Assembly (NCBI GenBank): GCA_963768655.1
Contig: CAVYIM010000006.1
Location: 64,001 to 128,000, forward strand
Reading direction: 5' to 3'
DNA: 64,000 bases
DNA from: an uncultured Chloroflexia bacterium
Lineage (GTDB): Bacteria; Chloroflexota; Limnocylindria; Limnocylindrales; CSP1-4
Shown here: piece by piece, positions 1 to 12,766 of the stretch
Layout: the number at the start of each line of letters is the position of its first letter
How positions within the stretch are numbered: position 1 is the first letter of the stretch
Notes under the pieces: generated by a model
What the model was told of the DNA's origin: nothing
The model's input: the letters and a program-made list of their open reading frames with translations, nothing else
The model's database searches: none
Translations under genes and position numbers: made by a program

Positions 1-2
1 AG

Positions 3-377
3 CCGTGCGAGTGCGGCCGCACCCTGCGCCGCATCCGCCGCATCGGCCGCCGCTCCGACGACATGCTGATCATCCGCGGCGTGAACGTCTTCCCGTCGCA
101 GGTCGAGACGGCCCTGCTCCGCGTCGAGGGCACGCTGCCCCACTACCAGATCGTCATCACGCGTGAGAAGGGCCTGGACCAGATGGAGGTCAAGGTCGAA
201 GTCACGCCCGAGGTCTTCTCCGACGAGATCCGCAAGCTCGAGGCCCTGCAGCATCAGCTGGAGTCGACCATCGAGAACATCCTGGGGTTGCGGGTGACCG
301 TGACCCTGGTCCAGCCGCGCTCTCTGCCCCGATCCGAGGGCAAGGCCAGGCGCGTTTCGGATCTTCGCAACGTCTGA
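3..377 (+). CDS. paaK: Phenylacetate-CoA ligase family protein, C-terminal part (5' end outside the window)
   Basis: Frame is open from the window edge: PCECGRT...GRRSDDMLIIRGVNVFPSQVE...LPRSEGKARRVSD, the typical PaaK C-terminus. Confidence 0.85.
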   Translation, partial: PCECGRTLRRIRRIGRRSDDMLIIRGVNVFPSQVETALLRVEGTLPHYQIVITREKGLDQMEVKVEVTPEVFSDEIRKLEALQHQLESTIENILGLRVTVTLVQPRSLPRSEGKARRVSDLRNV

Positions 378-428
378 CGAATCAACGGTCGAGCGGCGGG
401 CCGGCTCGCCCGCCGAAGGAGGCCTTAG

Positions 429-863
429 ATGAAGCTCCAACAGCTCTCGCTCTTCCTGGAGAACCGGCCCGGCCAGCTCCGCGCGCCATGTGACGCCCTG
501 GGCAACGCCGGGATCGACCTTTTGACGATGACGCTGGCCGACACGGCCCAGTTCGGCATCCTGAAATTCATCGTCGCCGATCCTGAGCGCGCCAGGAAAG
601 TGCTCGAGGCGGAGGGGATGATCGTCAGCGTGACCGAAGTGGTGCCGATCCAGGTCGACAACAAACCGGGCGGCCTGGCGTCCGTGCTCGGTGCTATCGA
701 GGCGGCCGGGCTGGGCGTCGAGTATATGTACGACTTCGCCGCCCGTGCCACGCCCGACAAGGCGGCGATCATCTTCCGCTTCGAGGACCCGGACCGTGCC
801 CTCGAAGCCCTCAAGGCGGCCGGGGTCCGCATCCTCACCAGCGAGGAACTGCTCGGCAAGTAG
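429..863 (+). CDS. Tandem ACT-domain protein
   Basis: QLSLFLENRPGQL and VDNKPGGLASVL ACT motifs; AGGAGG RBS; commonly found next to paaK. Confidence 0.85.
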   Translation: MKLQQLSLFLENRPGQLRAPCDALGNAGIDLLTMTLADTAQFGILKFIVADPERARKVLEAEGMIVSVTEVVPIQVDNKPGGLASVLGAIEAAGLGVEYMYDFAARATPDKAAIIFRFEDPDRALEALKAAGVRILTSEELLGK

Positions 864-1177
864 GCCACGAGGCGGCGGGCGGGGCGACAGCCACGACCTT
901 CTGGTCAGACTTGACTGGTGTGAGAGTTGGCCGTCCGATCGCGGCCGTGCGGCGGGTGGTGAGGCGCCGGGAGACAGACGGGCCGCGCGTGTCACGCTCG
1001 GGCGGCAATTCCATGAGCGGCCGGCGACCGGTCCGCCAGCGCTCGGAGCGGCCGGCGACCGGTCACGGGCGCTCGTAGCGGCTCGATCCGTCGCAACTCT
1101 CATGGAGGGCAAGTCTGACCAGATGCCGGGCATGTCCTGCACTGAATAGGGACTCATGGCCTCGGGCCGCGGTCTAT

Positions 1178-1477
1178 CTAGTCGCGGCCCCGCAGCAACG
1201 ACACCTGGAAGCCGCGCAACTCGCCCGTTGCGAAGCCGGCGGCGATGGCCGGGTCCTCGTCCATGATCCGCCGCGCCGCGGCCTCGTCCGGCGCCTCGAT
1301 CACGGCAATCCCGGTGTTGATGCGCCCGAGCGTCGGGCCGGCCATGATCAGCGTTCCCTCGGCCAGCAGCCGCTTCAGGCGTTCGAAATGGATGCCCCAG
1401 ACGCGCCGCTCCTCGGCCGTCATCGTGGCCGCGAAATCCTCCCGCGGGGCGTGCAAGAAGTAGATCCACTGGGCCAT
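1178..1477 (-). CDS. YCII-related protein
   Basis: H...L..L...G.L.MAGP and EAPDEAAARRIMDEDP pattern, 99 aa. Confidence 0.8.
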   Translation of the reverse strand: MAQWIYFLHAPREDFAATMTAEERRVWGIHFERLKRLLAEGTLIMAGPTLGRINTGIAVIEAPDEAAARRIMDEDPAIAAGFATGELRGFQVSLLRGRD

Positions 1478-1615
1478 CGTCGCCTCGCTCCAAGCCTGTC
1501 GGCCAGTGGGCGAGACAGGTCCTCGCCCGGTGCCAGGATGATCCTCTCAAGCTACGCCCGCCAGACGCCGGCTGTGGCGTCTCACCGGCAGGAGGATGCC
1601 TGCGCCTTTGGACGC

Positions 1616-1744
1616 ATGCGACATCGGACGTTCGGGCGTACAGGCTGGGAGGTCCGCGAGATCGGCTACGGAACCTGGGGAATGGGCGAGTGGTCCGGCT
1701 CGGACGACACGGAGTCGCCGGCCCACTGCCGCCCAAGCTCGTAA
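1616..1744 (+). pseudogene. Aldo/keto reductase N-terminal remnant
   Basis: MRHRTFGRTGWEVREIGYGTWGMG is an AKR N-terminus, but the frame stops after about 42 codons. Confidence 0.65.
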
Positions 1745-1849
1745 CCGAGCTTCGCCATCGCCGCTGGGACGGCGTCACGAAGATCTGATCCGCGATTGCG
1801 ACGGATTGGATACTTGACGACGGACGATCGCCGCAAGGGGAGCCTGCCG

Positions 1850-2584
1850 ATGGCAGACAAGCCGGTCTTGTACGGGCAAAGCGACGACTGGAACCTGCCC
1901 GAGGAACCGTCGCCGCTCCGGCATCCGGCCCGGCTGCTGGCGCTAGCCGGTGCGGCCACTGCGATCGTCGGAGTCATGTTGCCCTGGGTGAACTACGGCG
2001 TCGATACGTTCCACGCCTCCGCCAACGGATTCACCGGCGACACCTGGGGGATATTCGCCGTGGCGACCGTCGGCGCGCAAGTCGGCGTACTGGCCTCGCG
2101 GTTAGCCGCCAGGAGTCAGGCCAGGTCGATCCAGCTGCTGCCGGCCTTTCTCGGACTCCTCGGGCTGGCCATCTACTTCGATGCCTGGCTGGCGGCCCAG
2201 CAGCTCGCCGACTCCTACCGATCTTCCGGCTACACGGTGTCTTTCGCCGCCGGGCTCTGGGTCCTTCTCGTGGGCGTGGTCCTGTGCGCCATTGGCGGTC
2301 TGGCCTCCAGCGTGGTCGTCTGGCGAGCCGCCGCCGCAAGGCGATCGAATCCCGACATCAGCGCCGGGCAGGTGGCCGGCCAGGGCGCCGGCTTCTTCGC
2401 GGAGCTGGCAGTCGGCGCTCTGGTCAGCCTGGGCAGCGCCATCGGCGGGGGCGTCATCGCCCTGTATCTGATCCACGGCAATGGCGAGGAGTCCGGCTTG
2501 ATCGTGCTCTTCACCGTGCTGGGGGTGTTCGTCGGCGCAGTAGTGACGCACGCACTGTGGAGTCGCTTCATCTCGCACGAGTAG
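1850..2584 (+). CDS. Multi-pass membrane protein, unknown function
   Basis: About 6 hydrophobic segments, an LPW motif after TM1, and an AAGGGGAG RBS. Confidence 0.7.
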   Translation: MADKPVLYGQSDDWNLPEEPSPLRHPARLLALAGAATAIVGVMLPWVNYGVDTFHASANGFTGDTWGIFAVATVGAQVGVLASRLAARSQARSIQLLPAFLGLLGLAIYFDAWLAAQQLADSYRSSGYTVSFAAGLWVLLVGVVLCAIGGLASSVVVWRAAAARRSNPDISAGQVAGQGAGFFAELAVGALVSLGSAIGGGVIALYLIHGNGEESGLIVLFTVLGVFVGAVVTHALWSRFISHE

Positions 2585-2617
2585 CCGGGGCAGCCACGGC
2601 CGGAACAGCCAGCCGGC

Positions 2618-5458
<2,841 letters not shown>

Positions 5459-5790
5459 GACTTCTCCTCCGAAGTCCGAATCTCGCTCGGTCAGGCGGCC
5501 CATTTCGTTGCTGGCTCCTGCGCTCCTTGGTCACGCGCGTTCGGGTGCGCCTGCGCCGGTGTTGCTCGTCGCCCGGGACTGCGCGGTCGGCCCGAGCAAA
5601 CCGGGTTACTTTCAAGCGCGCTTGCCGCTCCAATGGGCCGGAACCTGCGCCTCGGCCGCCGGGGACGCGCTACACTCGGCCCGGCGGTCGCTGCCTGCCG
5701 CGCTTCTCACGCGGCATCGCCGCGACCCACCGCCGGGTCCAGATCGGGCGCAAGGATAGCGCGAGTCCGCGGGAAGGGGAGGAGTGTCGC

Positions 5791-6855
5791 GTGAAACTGT
5801 GGCGCGACGGTCGAGGCTGGGGCACGGGGCGAGACACCGACTGGGATAGCGGCGAGGGTGAGCGTGGGCCGGCGGGCGGGGGCCCGGCCGGCTCGCCGCA
5901 GCCGAAAGGGGATGTGGGCCGCCACCGCCATGGCGATCGGATCCACGCCCACACCGAGCCTCACCCTCACAACCGCGCCGCGGGCGGCGCGCCCAGCGTC
6001 GGCATCATCGGCGCCGGGGCAGTCGGCACGGCGCTGGGAGTCGCCATCGCTCGCGCCGGCTGGCCGGTGGTCGCGGTGGCCAGTCGCGACGCCGGGCGGC
6101 GCGAGCGGTTCCGCGGCCTGGTCCCGGGCGTCCGCGCGTTCGTCGAGCCGGTGGCCATCCTCGACGAGGTGGAGCTGGCCATCCTGGCAGTCCCCGATGA
6201 CGCCCTGCCTTCGGTCGTCGAGTCGATGCGTCTGTATAGCGGGCAGGCCCTGGTCCACACGAGCGGCCTGCTCGGGGCCGAGGTGCTCCAGCCGGCCGTG
6301 GCCGCGGGGAGCCAGATCGGAGCCTTCCATCCCCTCGTCTCGTTCACCTCGGACGTGGAGCGATCCGTCGGGGCGATCACCGGCGCGACGATCGCCCTGG
6401 AGGGCGACGATCGACTGATGGGGCTCCTGGCGGACCTCGCCGAAGCGCTGGGGGCGGTCCCTGTCCGCCTGCCGCGCGGCAGCAAGCCGGCATATCACGC
6501 GGCCGCCATGCTGGCCTCGGGCGGTCTCGTCGCCCTGCTCGATGCCATCGTGACGCTGGGCGCTGCGGCCGGCATGGACGAGCGCGGCTCGCTGGCCGTG
6601 TATGGCCGCCTGGTGGAGCAGACCCTTGCCAACGCGCGCACGATCGGCGTCAACGCCGCTCTCACCGGCCCCATCGCCAGGGGTGACGCCGGCACCGTCG
6701 AGGCCCATCTGGCCGCGCTCGAGCGCCTCGCTCCGGACGCCGTGGAGCTCTATCTGGCGGCCGCGCGGAGGGAGCTGGGGCTCGTCGAGGCCCGGCGCGC
6801 CCTGACACCGGAGCAGCTGGAACGTGTTCGGGCCGTGCTTGCAAAGCCTGCCTGA
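5791..6855 (+). CDS. Rossmann-like plus DUF2520 domain protein (PanG-like oxidoreductase)
   Basis: IIGAGAVG, LAVPDD, HTSG, FHPL, YHAAA and LTGPIARGDAGTV motifs. Confidence 0.85.
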   Translation: MKLWRDGRGWGTGRDTDWDSGEGERGPAGGGPAGSPQPKGDVGRHRHGDRIHAHTEPHPHNRAAGGAPSVGIIGAGAVGTALGVAIARAGWPVVAVASRDAGRRERFRGLVPGVRAFVEPVAILDEVELAILAVPDDALPSVVESMRLYSGQALVHTSGLLGAEVLQPAVAAGSQIGAFHPLVSFTSDVERSVGAITGATIALEGDDRLMGLLADLAEALGAVPVRLPRGSKPAYHAAAMLASGGLVALLDAIVTLGAAAGMDERGSLAVYGRLVEQTLANARTIGVNAALTGPIARGDAGTVEAHLAALERLAPDAVELYLAAARRELGLVEARRALTPEQLERVRAVLAKPA

Positions 6856-6873
6856 CCGGGTACGATTGGCGAC

Positions 6874-7188
6874 ATGCAGCACAGCATCGCGGCGAAGTAC
6901 GCGGCCAGGCAGGCTGCCTGCTTCGTCCGTCCGGCCGGTCGCGAGCGGGAGCGGCGGCTCGGGCTTCACGCCAGCCTCAGCTTCCAGCGTGCCGCCACGC
7001 GCGTGACGATCCTTCGCCCCTCGCACGGCGGCCTGCACATGAGCGGGTGGCGCCCCGCCGCCTCGGCTCAGTCGCGGGCCCACCGCAGCGGTGTCGTTCG
7101 TCCCGCGGTCACGATCTGCTGGGCCGGCCTCGGCCGGCCGCGTGCCGAACGTCGGTCGATCCTCGCGCCGGCACCGTGGCGAGGCTGA
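6874..7188 (+). CDS. Small Arg-rich hypothetical protein
   Basis: ATG-start ORF that fills the gap between the DUF2520 gene and the NUDIX gene; no recognisable motif. Confidence 0.35.
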   Translation: MQHSIAAKYAARQAACFVRPAGRERERRLGLHASLSFQRAATRVTILRPSHGGLHMSGWRPAASAQSRAHRSGVVRPAVTICWAGLGRPRAERRSILAPAPWRG

Positions 7189-7631
7189 CTGCCGCCACCG
7201 CGACGTCCGCCGGCGGCATCGTCATTCGTTTCGCGGACTCGACTCCTCAGTTCATAGCCGGGCGCCGCCGACGCGAGCGAGACGGCGCCACGTGGACCCT
7301 GCCCAAAGGGACGCCGATCGCGGGCGAGACGCTGGAGGAAACGGCCCTGCGCGAGGTCGGCGAGGAGACCGGTCTCCTCGTCCGTATCATCTCGCCCCTG
7401 GACGCGATCAGCTACACGTTCGTTCAGCGCGGGACGCGAATACACAAGACCGTTCACTACTTTCTGATGGAGCCGATCGGCGGCAGCCTGGAAGGTCACG
7501 ATCACGAGTTCGAGGAGGTTCGCTGGGTGGGTTTCGAAGAGGCTCAAGCGCTCCTCTCGTTCGAAACTGAACGGTCGCTGGTTGCCCTCGCGGCGGGACG
7601 GCTGCCTGAGCTACGGAGCGCTCCACGCTAG
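7176..7631 (+). CDS. NUDIX hydrolase
   Basis: Nudix box PKG...GETLEETALREVGEETGL. Confidence 0.9.
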   Translation: MARLTAATATSAGGIVIRFADSTPQFIAGRRRRERDGATWTLPKGTPIAGETLEETALREVGEETGLLVRIISPLDAISYTFVQRGTRIHKTVHYFLMEPIGGSLEGHDHEFEEVRWVGFEEAQALLSFETERSLVALAAGRLPELRSAPR

Positions 7632-7698
7632 AGGTGGCCTCGCCCGTGTGATTGTCCGGAGCGCTCGAAGACACTCAGCTGATTGGAGGTCGACCTCT

Positions 7699-8799
7699 AT
7701 GACGGGGCTGCTCGCGACACCGCTGGCTGATCGCCATCTGGCACTCGGCGCCCGGATGGTCGAGTTCGCCGGCTGGTCGATGCCGGTTCAGTACACCGGC
7801 ATTCTGGAGGAGCACCGCGCCGTTCGAAGTCGCGCCGGGCTCTTCGACCTGTCCCACATGGGCGAGATCTTCGTCGAGGGGCGGGAGGCGGCCGGGGCTC
7901 TGGGGTACGCCCTGGTCAGCGAGCCGGCCGCGCTGAAAGTCGGGCGTGCCCACTACTCGATGATCTGCCTCCCCGAAGGCGGCGTTCTCGACGACCTGAT
8001 CGTGTATCGCCTGGGCGAAGAGCGGTTCATGGTCGTCGCCAACGCGTCGAACGCGGCGGCCGTCAGCGACGCCCTGGCGGAACGCATCGCCGGCTACCGG
8101 GTCGTGCTCGACGACCGCTCGCTGACCACCGCTCTGGTCGCCATCCAGGGTCCTCTGTCGCTGCAGGTCATGGCGCCGTTGACTGATCTGGCGATCGCCG
8201 ACCTGCGCTACTACGCCGTGGGCGAGGGACACGTGGCCGGCGTGCCGGCGCTCGTCGCCCGGACCGGCTACACCGGCGAGGACGGCTTCGAGGTCTTCGT
8301 CGACGTGGCTTCGGCCGGCCGCGTCTGGGATGCCCTGATGGAGGCGGGCCGGTCGGCCGGCGTCATCCCGGTCGGTCTCGGCGCCCGCGACACATTGCGC
8401 CTGGAGGCGGGGATGCCGCTCTACGGCAACGAGCTCGGCTCCGACACGACACCCTACGAAGCGGGACTGGGTCGCGTGGTCAAGCTCGGCAAGGAGGGCG
8501 ATTTCGTCGGCCGGGCCGCGCTCGAGAAGGCCGACGCCGAAGGTCCGCGCAAGAAGCTGGTGGGCCTGGCCGTTCGGGGCCGGGGGATCGCCCGCCACGG
8601 CTACGAGCTCTTCGCCGGCGATCGCCGAACGGGGGTGGTCACGAGTGGAACGCTCTCGCCGACCCTGGGCGAGCCGATCGCGATGGCCTACGCAGCGCCG
8701 TCCGACGCGGAGCCCGGTACGATACTGGAGGTGAAGATCCGCGATCAGCGCGTCCCGGCGCAAGTCGTGGTTCTGCCGTTCTACCGCCGGGCCAGCTGA
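7699..8799 (+). CDS. gcvT: Glycine cleavage aminomethyltransferase T
   Basis: FAGWSMPVQY, GLFDLSHMG, RTGYTGEDGFE and GLGARDTLRLEAG motifs. Confidence 0.95.
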   Translation: MTGLLATPLADRHLALGARMVEFAGWSMPVQYTGILEEHRAVRSRAGLFDLSHMGEIFVEGREAAGALGYALVSEPAALKVGRAHYSMICLPEGGVLDDLIVYRLGEERFMVVANASNAAAVSDALAERIAGYRVVLDDRSLTTALVAIQGPLSLQVMAPLTDLAIADLRYYAVGEGHVAGVPALVARTGYTGEDGFEVFVDVASAGRVWDALMEAGRSAGVIPVGLGARDTLRLEAGMPLYGNELGSDTTPYEAGLGRVVKLGKEGDFVGRAALEKADAEGPRKKLVGLAVRGRGIARHGYELFAGDRRTGVVTSGTLSPTLGEPIAMAYAAPSDAEPGTILEVKIRDQRVPAQVVVLPFYRRAS

Positions 8800-8851
8800 C
8801 TGCGGCCCGGCATCCGTTCGGCGGGACTGACCAACAGGAGCGGAGGCGAAG

Positions 8852-9229
8852 GTGGCTCAGGATCTGCGCTACACCAAAGAGCACGAATGGGTTCGAGTGG
8901 AGGGGGATCTGGCTACCGTCGGCATCACCGACTATGCCGCCGAGCAGCTCGGCGACATAGTCTTCGTGGAGTTGCCGGAGATCGGCCGGTCGCTTACCCA
9001 GTTCGACGCCGTCGGCGTGATCGAGTCGGTCAAGGCCGTGAGCGATCTCTTCGCCCCCATCTCGGGCGAGGTCGTCGAGGCCAACGCGGAGCTCGCCGGC
9101 AGCCCCGAGCTCGTCAACGGCGATCCGTTCGGTAAGGGTTGGATGCTCCGAGTTCGGATCGCGGATAGCAGCCAGCTGGACGCCCTGCTCGACGGGGACG
9201 CCTATGCGGAGCTGACCCGCGAGGGCTGA
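8852..9229 (+). CDS. gcvH: Glycine cleavage H protein
   Basis: YTKEHEW, GITDYA and ESVKAVSD (lipoyl lysine). Confidence 0.95.
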   Translation: MAQDLRYTKEHEWVRVEGDLATVGITDYAAEQLGDIVFVELPEIGRSLTQFDAVGVIESVKAVSDLFAPISGEVVEANAELAGSPELVNGDPFGKGWMLRVRIADSSQLDALLDGDAYAELTREG

Positions 9230-9292
9230 CGAGATGGCAGGTTTCGCGCTTGAGCGGCTGAGCCGGCACGACGCGGCAGCGGAGCGGGGTTG

Positions 9293-10666
9293 ATGGCGTA
9301 CAGCCCGCATACCCCCGCCGATCGCGCCGCCATGCTCGAAGCGATCGGCGTTGCCTCCGTGGACGAGCTATTCGCCGACATCCCGGCGGCCCTGCGGGCC
9401 TCGGAGCTGAAGCTCCCGCCGCCGGAATCGGAAGTGGAGCTGACTGGCCGGCTCCAGGCCCTGGCGGGCCGCAATCGTGTCGACCTGGTGAGCTTCCTCG
9501 GCGCCGGGGCCTACCGCCACTTCGTGCCCGCGGTGCTCGACCAGCTGCTCCTGCGCGGCGAGTTCTACACCGCCTACACGCCCTACCAGCCGGAGATCAG
9601 CCAGGGCACGCTGCAGACCATCTACGAGTACCAGTCCATGATGGCCGAGCTGACCGGCATGGACGTGGTCTCGGCCTCGCACTACGACGGGGCGACGGCC
9701 ACCGCCGAAGGCGCCCTGATGGCCTGTCGCGCCACCCGCCGCGAGCGCGTGCTCGTGAGCCGCGGCGTCCACCCGCACTATCGGCAGACGCTGTGCACGT
9801 ACTTCGCCGGCGCCGATCTCGTGGCCGACGAGATCCCGCTGGTCGCGGACGGGCCGGACTCGGGCACGACGGACCTGGCCGCCCTGGAGCGAATGCTGGC
9901 CGATCCGGAACACCCGGTGGCAGGCGTGGTCGCGGCCAACCCCGACTTCCTGGGGTTGCTCGAGCCGATGGCGCAGATCGGACGCCTGGCCCACGCCGCC
10001 GGAGCCCTCTTCGTCGCCGTCGTCGAGCCGGTCTCGCTGGCCGTCCTGGCGCCGCCCGGTTCCTACGGCGCCGACATCGCCTGCGGCGAGGGGCAACCGC
10101 TCGGGATCCCGCTTTCGTACGGAGGTCCGTACCTGGGCATCCTGGCCTGCCGCGAGCCGCTCGTCCGGCAGATCCCCGGCCGCCTGGTCGGCATGACGAC
10201 CGACGTCGACGGCAGGCGAGCCTTCGTCATGACCCTGCGGGCCCGCGAGCAGGACATCAGACGGGAGAAGGCCTCGAGCAACATCTGCACGAACCAGGCC
10301 CTGTGCGCCCTGGCCGCGGCCATCTATCTGGGCGCCATCGGGCCGCATGGGCTGCGCGACGTGGCGGCCCTGGGCGCCGCCCGCGCCGCCGAACTGGAGC
10401 GAGCCCTGGCCGCGGCCGGCGCCCCGCGGCTCCATCCCGGGCCGTATCTCAACGAGTTCGCCGTCCGGGTGCCCGATGCACCCGACGTGCACCGCCGCCT
10501 CCTCGGCCGTGGCGTCCTGGCAGGCCTGGTCCTGGCGGCAGCCGAGCCGGAGGATCCGTCCCTCGCCGAGGGGCTGCTGGTCTGCGCCACGGAGGTCACG
10601 ACGCCGGGGGAGATCGCCGTCTTCGCGTCGGCTCTCGGCGAGGAGCTCGCGGGGGACGTTCGATGA
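9293..10666 (+). CDS. gcvPA: Glycine dehydrogenase subunit 1
   Basis: YTPYQPEISQG and REQDIRREKASSNICTNQ motifs. Confidence 0.95.
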   Translation: MAYSPHTPADRAAMLEAIGVASVDELFADIPAALRASELKLPPPESEVELTGRLQALAGRNRVDLVSFLGAGAYRHFVPAVLDQLLLRGEFYTAYTPYQPEISQGTLQTIYEYQSMMAELTGMDVVSASHYDGATATAEGALMACRATRRERVLVSRGVHPHYRQTLCTYFAGADLVADEIPLVADGPDSGTTDLAALERMLADPEHPVAGVVAANPDFLGLLEPMAQIGRLAHAAGALFVAVVEPVSLAVLAPPGSYGADIACGEGQPLGIPLSYGGPYLGILACREPLVRQIPGRLVGMTTDVDGRRAFVMTLRAREQDIRREKASSNICTNQALCALAAAIYLGAIGPHGLRDVAALGAARAAELERALAAAGAPRLHPGPYLNEFAVRVPDAPDVHRRLLGRGVLAGLVLAAAEPEDPSLAEGLLVCATEVTTPGEIAVFASALGEELAGDVR

Positions 10667-12162
10667 CCGCCGCCGGAGATCGCCTTGGACCCACGCTATT
10701 CGAGCGCTCGCGGCCCGGCCGGGGCGGCGGTCGGATCCCGCACCCGCCCAAGGACGCCCTGGCGCGGATCCCGCCCGACCAGCTTCGCGCCGACGGTCCG
10801 CACCTGCCCGAGGTCGCGGAGCCGGAGCTGACCCGCCACTACGTCAACCTGAGCCAGCTCAACTACGCCGTCGACACGGGCTTCTACCCGCTCGGCTCGT
10901 GCACCATGAAATGGAACCCCAAGCTCAACGAGTGGGCTGCCAGACTGCCCGGCTTCGCTTCGCTCCATCCCTTCGCTCCCGACGAGCTGGCCCAGGGGAC
11001 GCTGGCGCTGCTCTGGGAACTGGAGGGGGCGCTGGCCGAGATCGGCGGCATGCGCGCCGTCACCCTCCAGCCCGCGGCCGGCGCCCAGGGCGAGCTGACC
11101 GGCATCCTCATGGTCCGCGCTTATCACCGCAGCCGCGGCGACCTGGAGCGGAGCGAGGTGCTGGTCCCGGACTCGGCCCACGGTACCAATCCGGCCACGG
11201 CCTCGATGGCCGGTTTCAAGACGGTTTCGATTCCGTCCGCGCCGGATGGGGGCGTGGACCTGGCCGCCTTCCGCGCGGCGCTGGGTCCCAGGACCGCCGC
11301 GGTGATGATCACGAACCCTTCGACTCTGGGCCTCTTCGAGTCGCGCATCGGCGAGCTGCTCGAGGCGGTCCACTCCGTCGGCGCTCTGGCCTACATGGAC
11401 GGGGCCAATCTGAACGCGATCATGGGCCGGTTCAAGCCCGGCGAGGCGGGCTTCGACGTCATGCACATCAACGTCCACAAGACGTTCTCCACTCCTCATG
11501 GTGGGGGCGGGCCGGGCGCCGGGCCCGTCGGGGTGGGGGAGAAGCTGGTGCCGTTCCTGCCCTGGCCACGGGTGCTGCGCGAGCCCGACGGCAGCTTCCG
11601 GCTGGAGCGTCCGGGCGAGCGATCCACCAGCATCGGCCGGGTTCGATCCTTCACCGGCAACACCGGAGTCCTGGTCCGCGCCTGCGCCTACATCCGCGCT
11701 CACGGTGCCGCAGGCTTGTGCGAGGTCTCGAACGACGCCGTCCTCTCGGCCAACTACCTCAAGTCCCAGCTGGCCGGCATCCTCGACGTCCCGTTCTCGC
11801 GCCACTGCATGCACGAGTTCGTCGCCTCGGCCGCGACGCTCAAGGCCGAAACCGGAATCCGCACCCTGGACCTCGCGAAGCGGCTGATCGACTACGGCTT
11901 CCACCCGCCGACTATCTACTTCCCGCTGACGGTGGAAGAAGCGCTCCTGATCGAGCCGACGGAGACGGAGTCGCTCGAGACGCTCGACGCATTCGTCGAG
12001 GCAATCCGGTCGGTCGTGGATGAGGCTCGAGCCGATCCGGATCTCCTTCATTCGGCGCCACATGACTCTCCGGTGCGCCGGCTGGACGAGACTGCGGCGG
12101 CGCGGCAGCCAAACCTTCGCTGGCGGGCGATGACCGGCAGCCAGACGCCATGCCCGGATTAG
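10663..12162 (+). CDS. gcvPB: Glycine dehydrogenase subunit 2
   Basis: YPLGSCTMK and HINVHKTFSTPHGGGGPG; ATGA overlap with gcvPA. Confidence 0.95.
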   Translation: MTAAGDRLGPTLFERSRPGRGGGRIPHPPKDALARIPPDQLRADGPHLPEVAEPELTRHYVNLSQLNYAVDTGFYPLGSCTMKWNPKLNEWAARLPGFASLHPFAPDELAQGTLALLWELEGALAEIGGMRAVTLQPAAGAQGELTGILMVRAYHRSRGDLERSEVLVPDSAHGTNPATASMAGFKTVSIPSAPDGGVDLAAFRAALGPRTAAVMITNPSTLGLFESRIGELLEAVHSVGALAYMDGANLNAIMGRFKPGEAGFDVMHINVHKTFSTPHGGGGPGAGPVGVGEKLVPFLPWPRVLREPDGSFRLERPGERSTSIGRVRSFTGNTGVLVRACAYIRAHGAAGLCEVSNDAVLSANYLKSQLAGILDVPFSRHCMHEFVASAATLKAETGIRTLDLAKRLIDYGFHPPTIYFPLTVEEALLIEPTETESLETLDAFVEAIRSVVDEARADPDLLHSAPHDSPVRRLDETAAARQPNLRWRAMTGSQTPCPD

Positions 12163-12335
12163 GAGAATCGGAGAGCCCGAGCCAGTTGCTTGAGATTGTG
12201 AGCTGAAATCGTCTCATCGAGACTATTCGCGAGAGCTGCATATGCACAATTTGTAGGGGCGCGTACGCCCGAGCCGGCTTCCGCCGCCGTCTCGAGAGGC
12301 CGGGTCGAGCCTGCGACACTGTTGCGGCGAGCGCG

Positions 12336-12449
12336 GACCTGTTCAAGCTTCGAGCGGCCATGGACGCGATCCAGCAGATCTACGGCTCCGACAGGAACAC
12401 CTACGAGCTGCCGCTCGACTTCCACGAGGACGTTTGGCTGGTCGATCCA
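12336..12449 (+). pseudogene. Remnant of an ABC peptide substrate-binding protein C-terminus
   Basis: DLFKLRAAMDAIQQIYGSDRNTYELPLDFHEDVWLVDP aligns with DFSAVRAAMYTVQDIYTSDQNNYELPLYYRKNVWLVAP of the downstream SBP. Confidence 0.65.
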
Positions 12450-12766
12450 CTGCATCCGGACGAGTCACGAGAGCGCGCGGCGCCCATCTCCAGGGGGTCG
12501 GTGGGATCGGTCGAGGCCCTCCAGTGAGCAGGTCTCCCGCTCTCAGCGCGGTACCACCAGGTCTGACGCGAAGGGGGGACCGGCTTTGCCGCCTTTGGCG
12601 GTTTGACACTGGGACGGTGCCCCGGCATAGTAGCGACCAGTGACAGCCCGACATTGCCCCCGGCCCAGGTGCAAGTAAAGTCGTGTCCCGGCTTTTCTTG
12701 ACGGAGGGCAAGACGCCGCAGGCCCTAGCCTCGGCGGTTGGGTTGGACTCTTAGGGAGGCGCCTTG

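Noticed and set aside
1015-1082. About 30-bp tandem repeat (GAGCGGCCGGCGACCGGTC twice)
   Set aside because: Only two units in GC-rich intergenic DNA, with no supportable function.
7632-7698. Glycine riboswitch upstream of gcvT
   Set aside because: The gap is only about 67 bp and shows no aptamer motifs.
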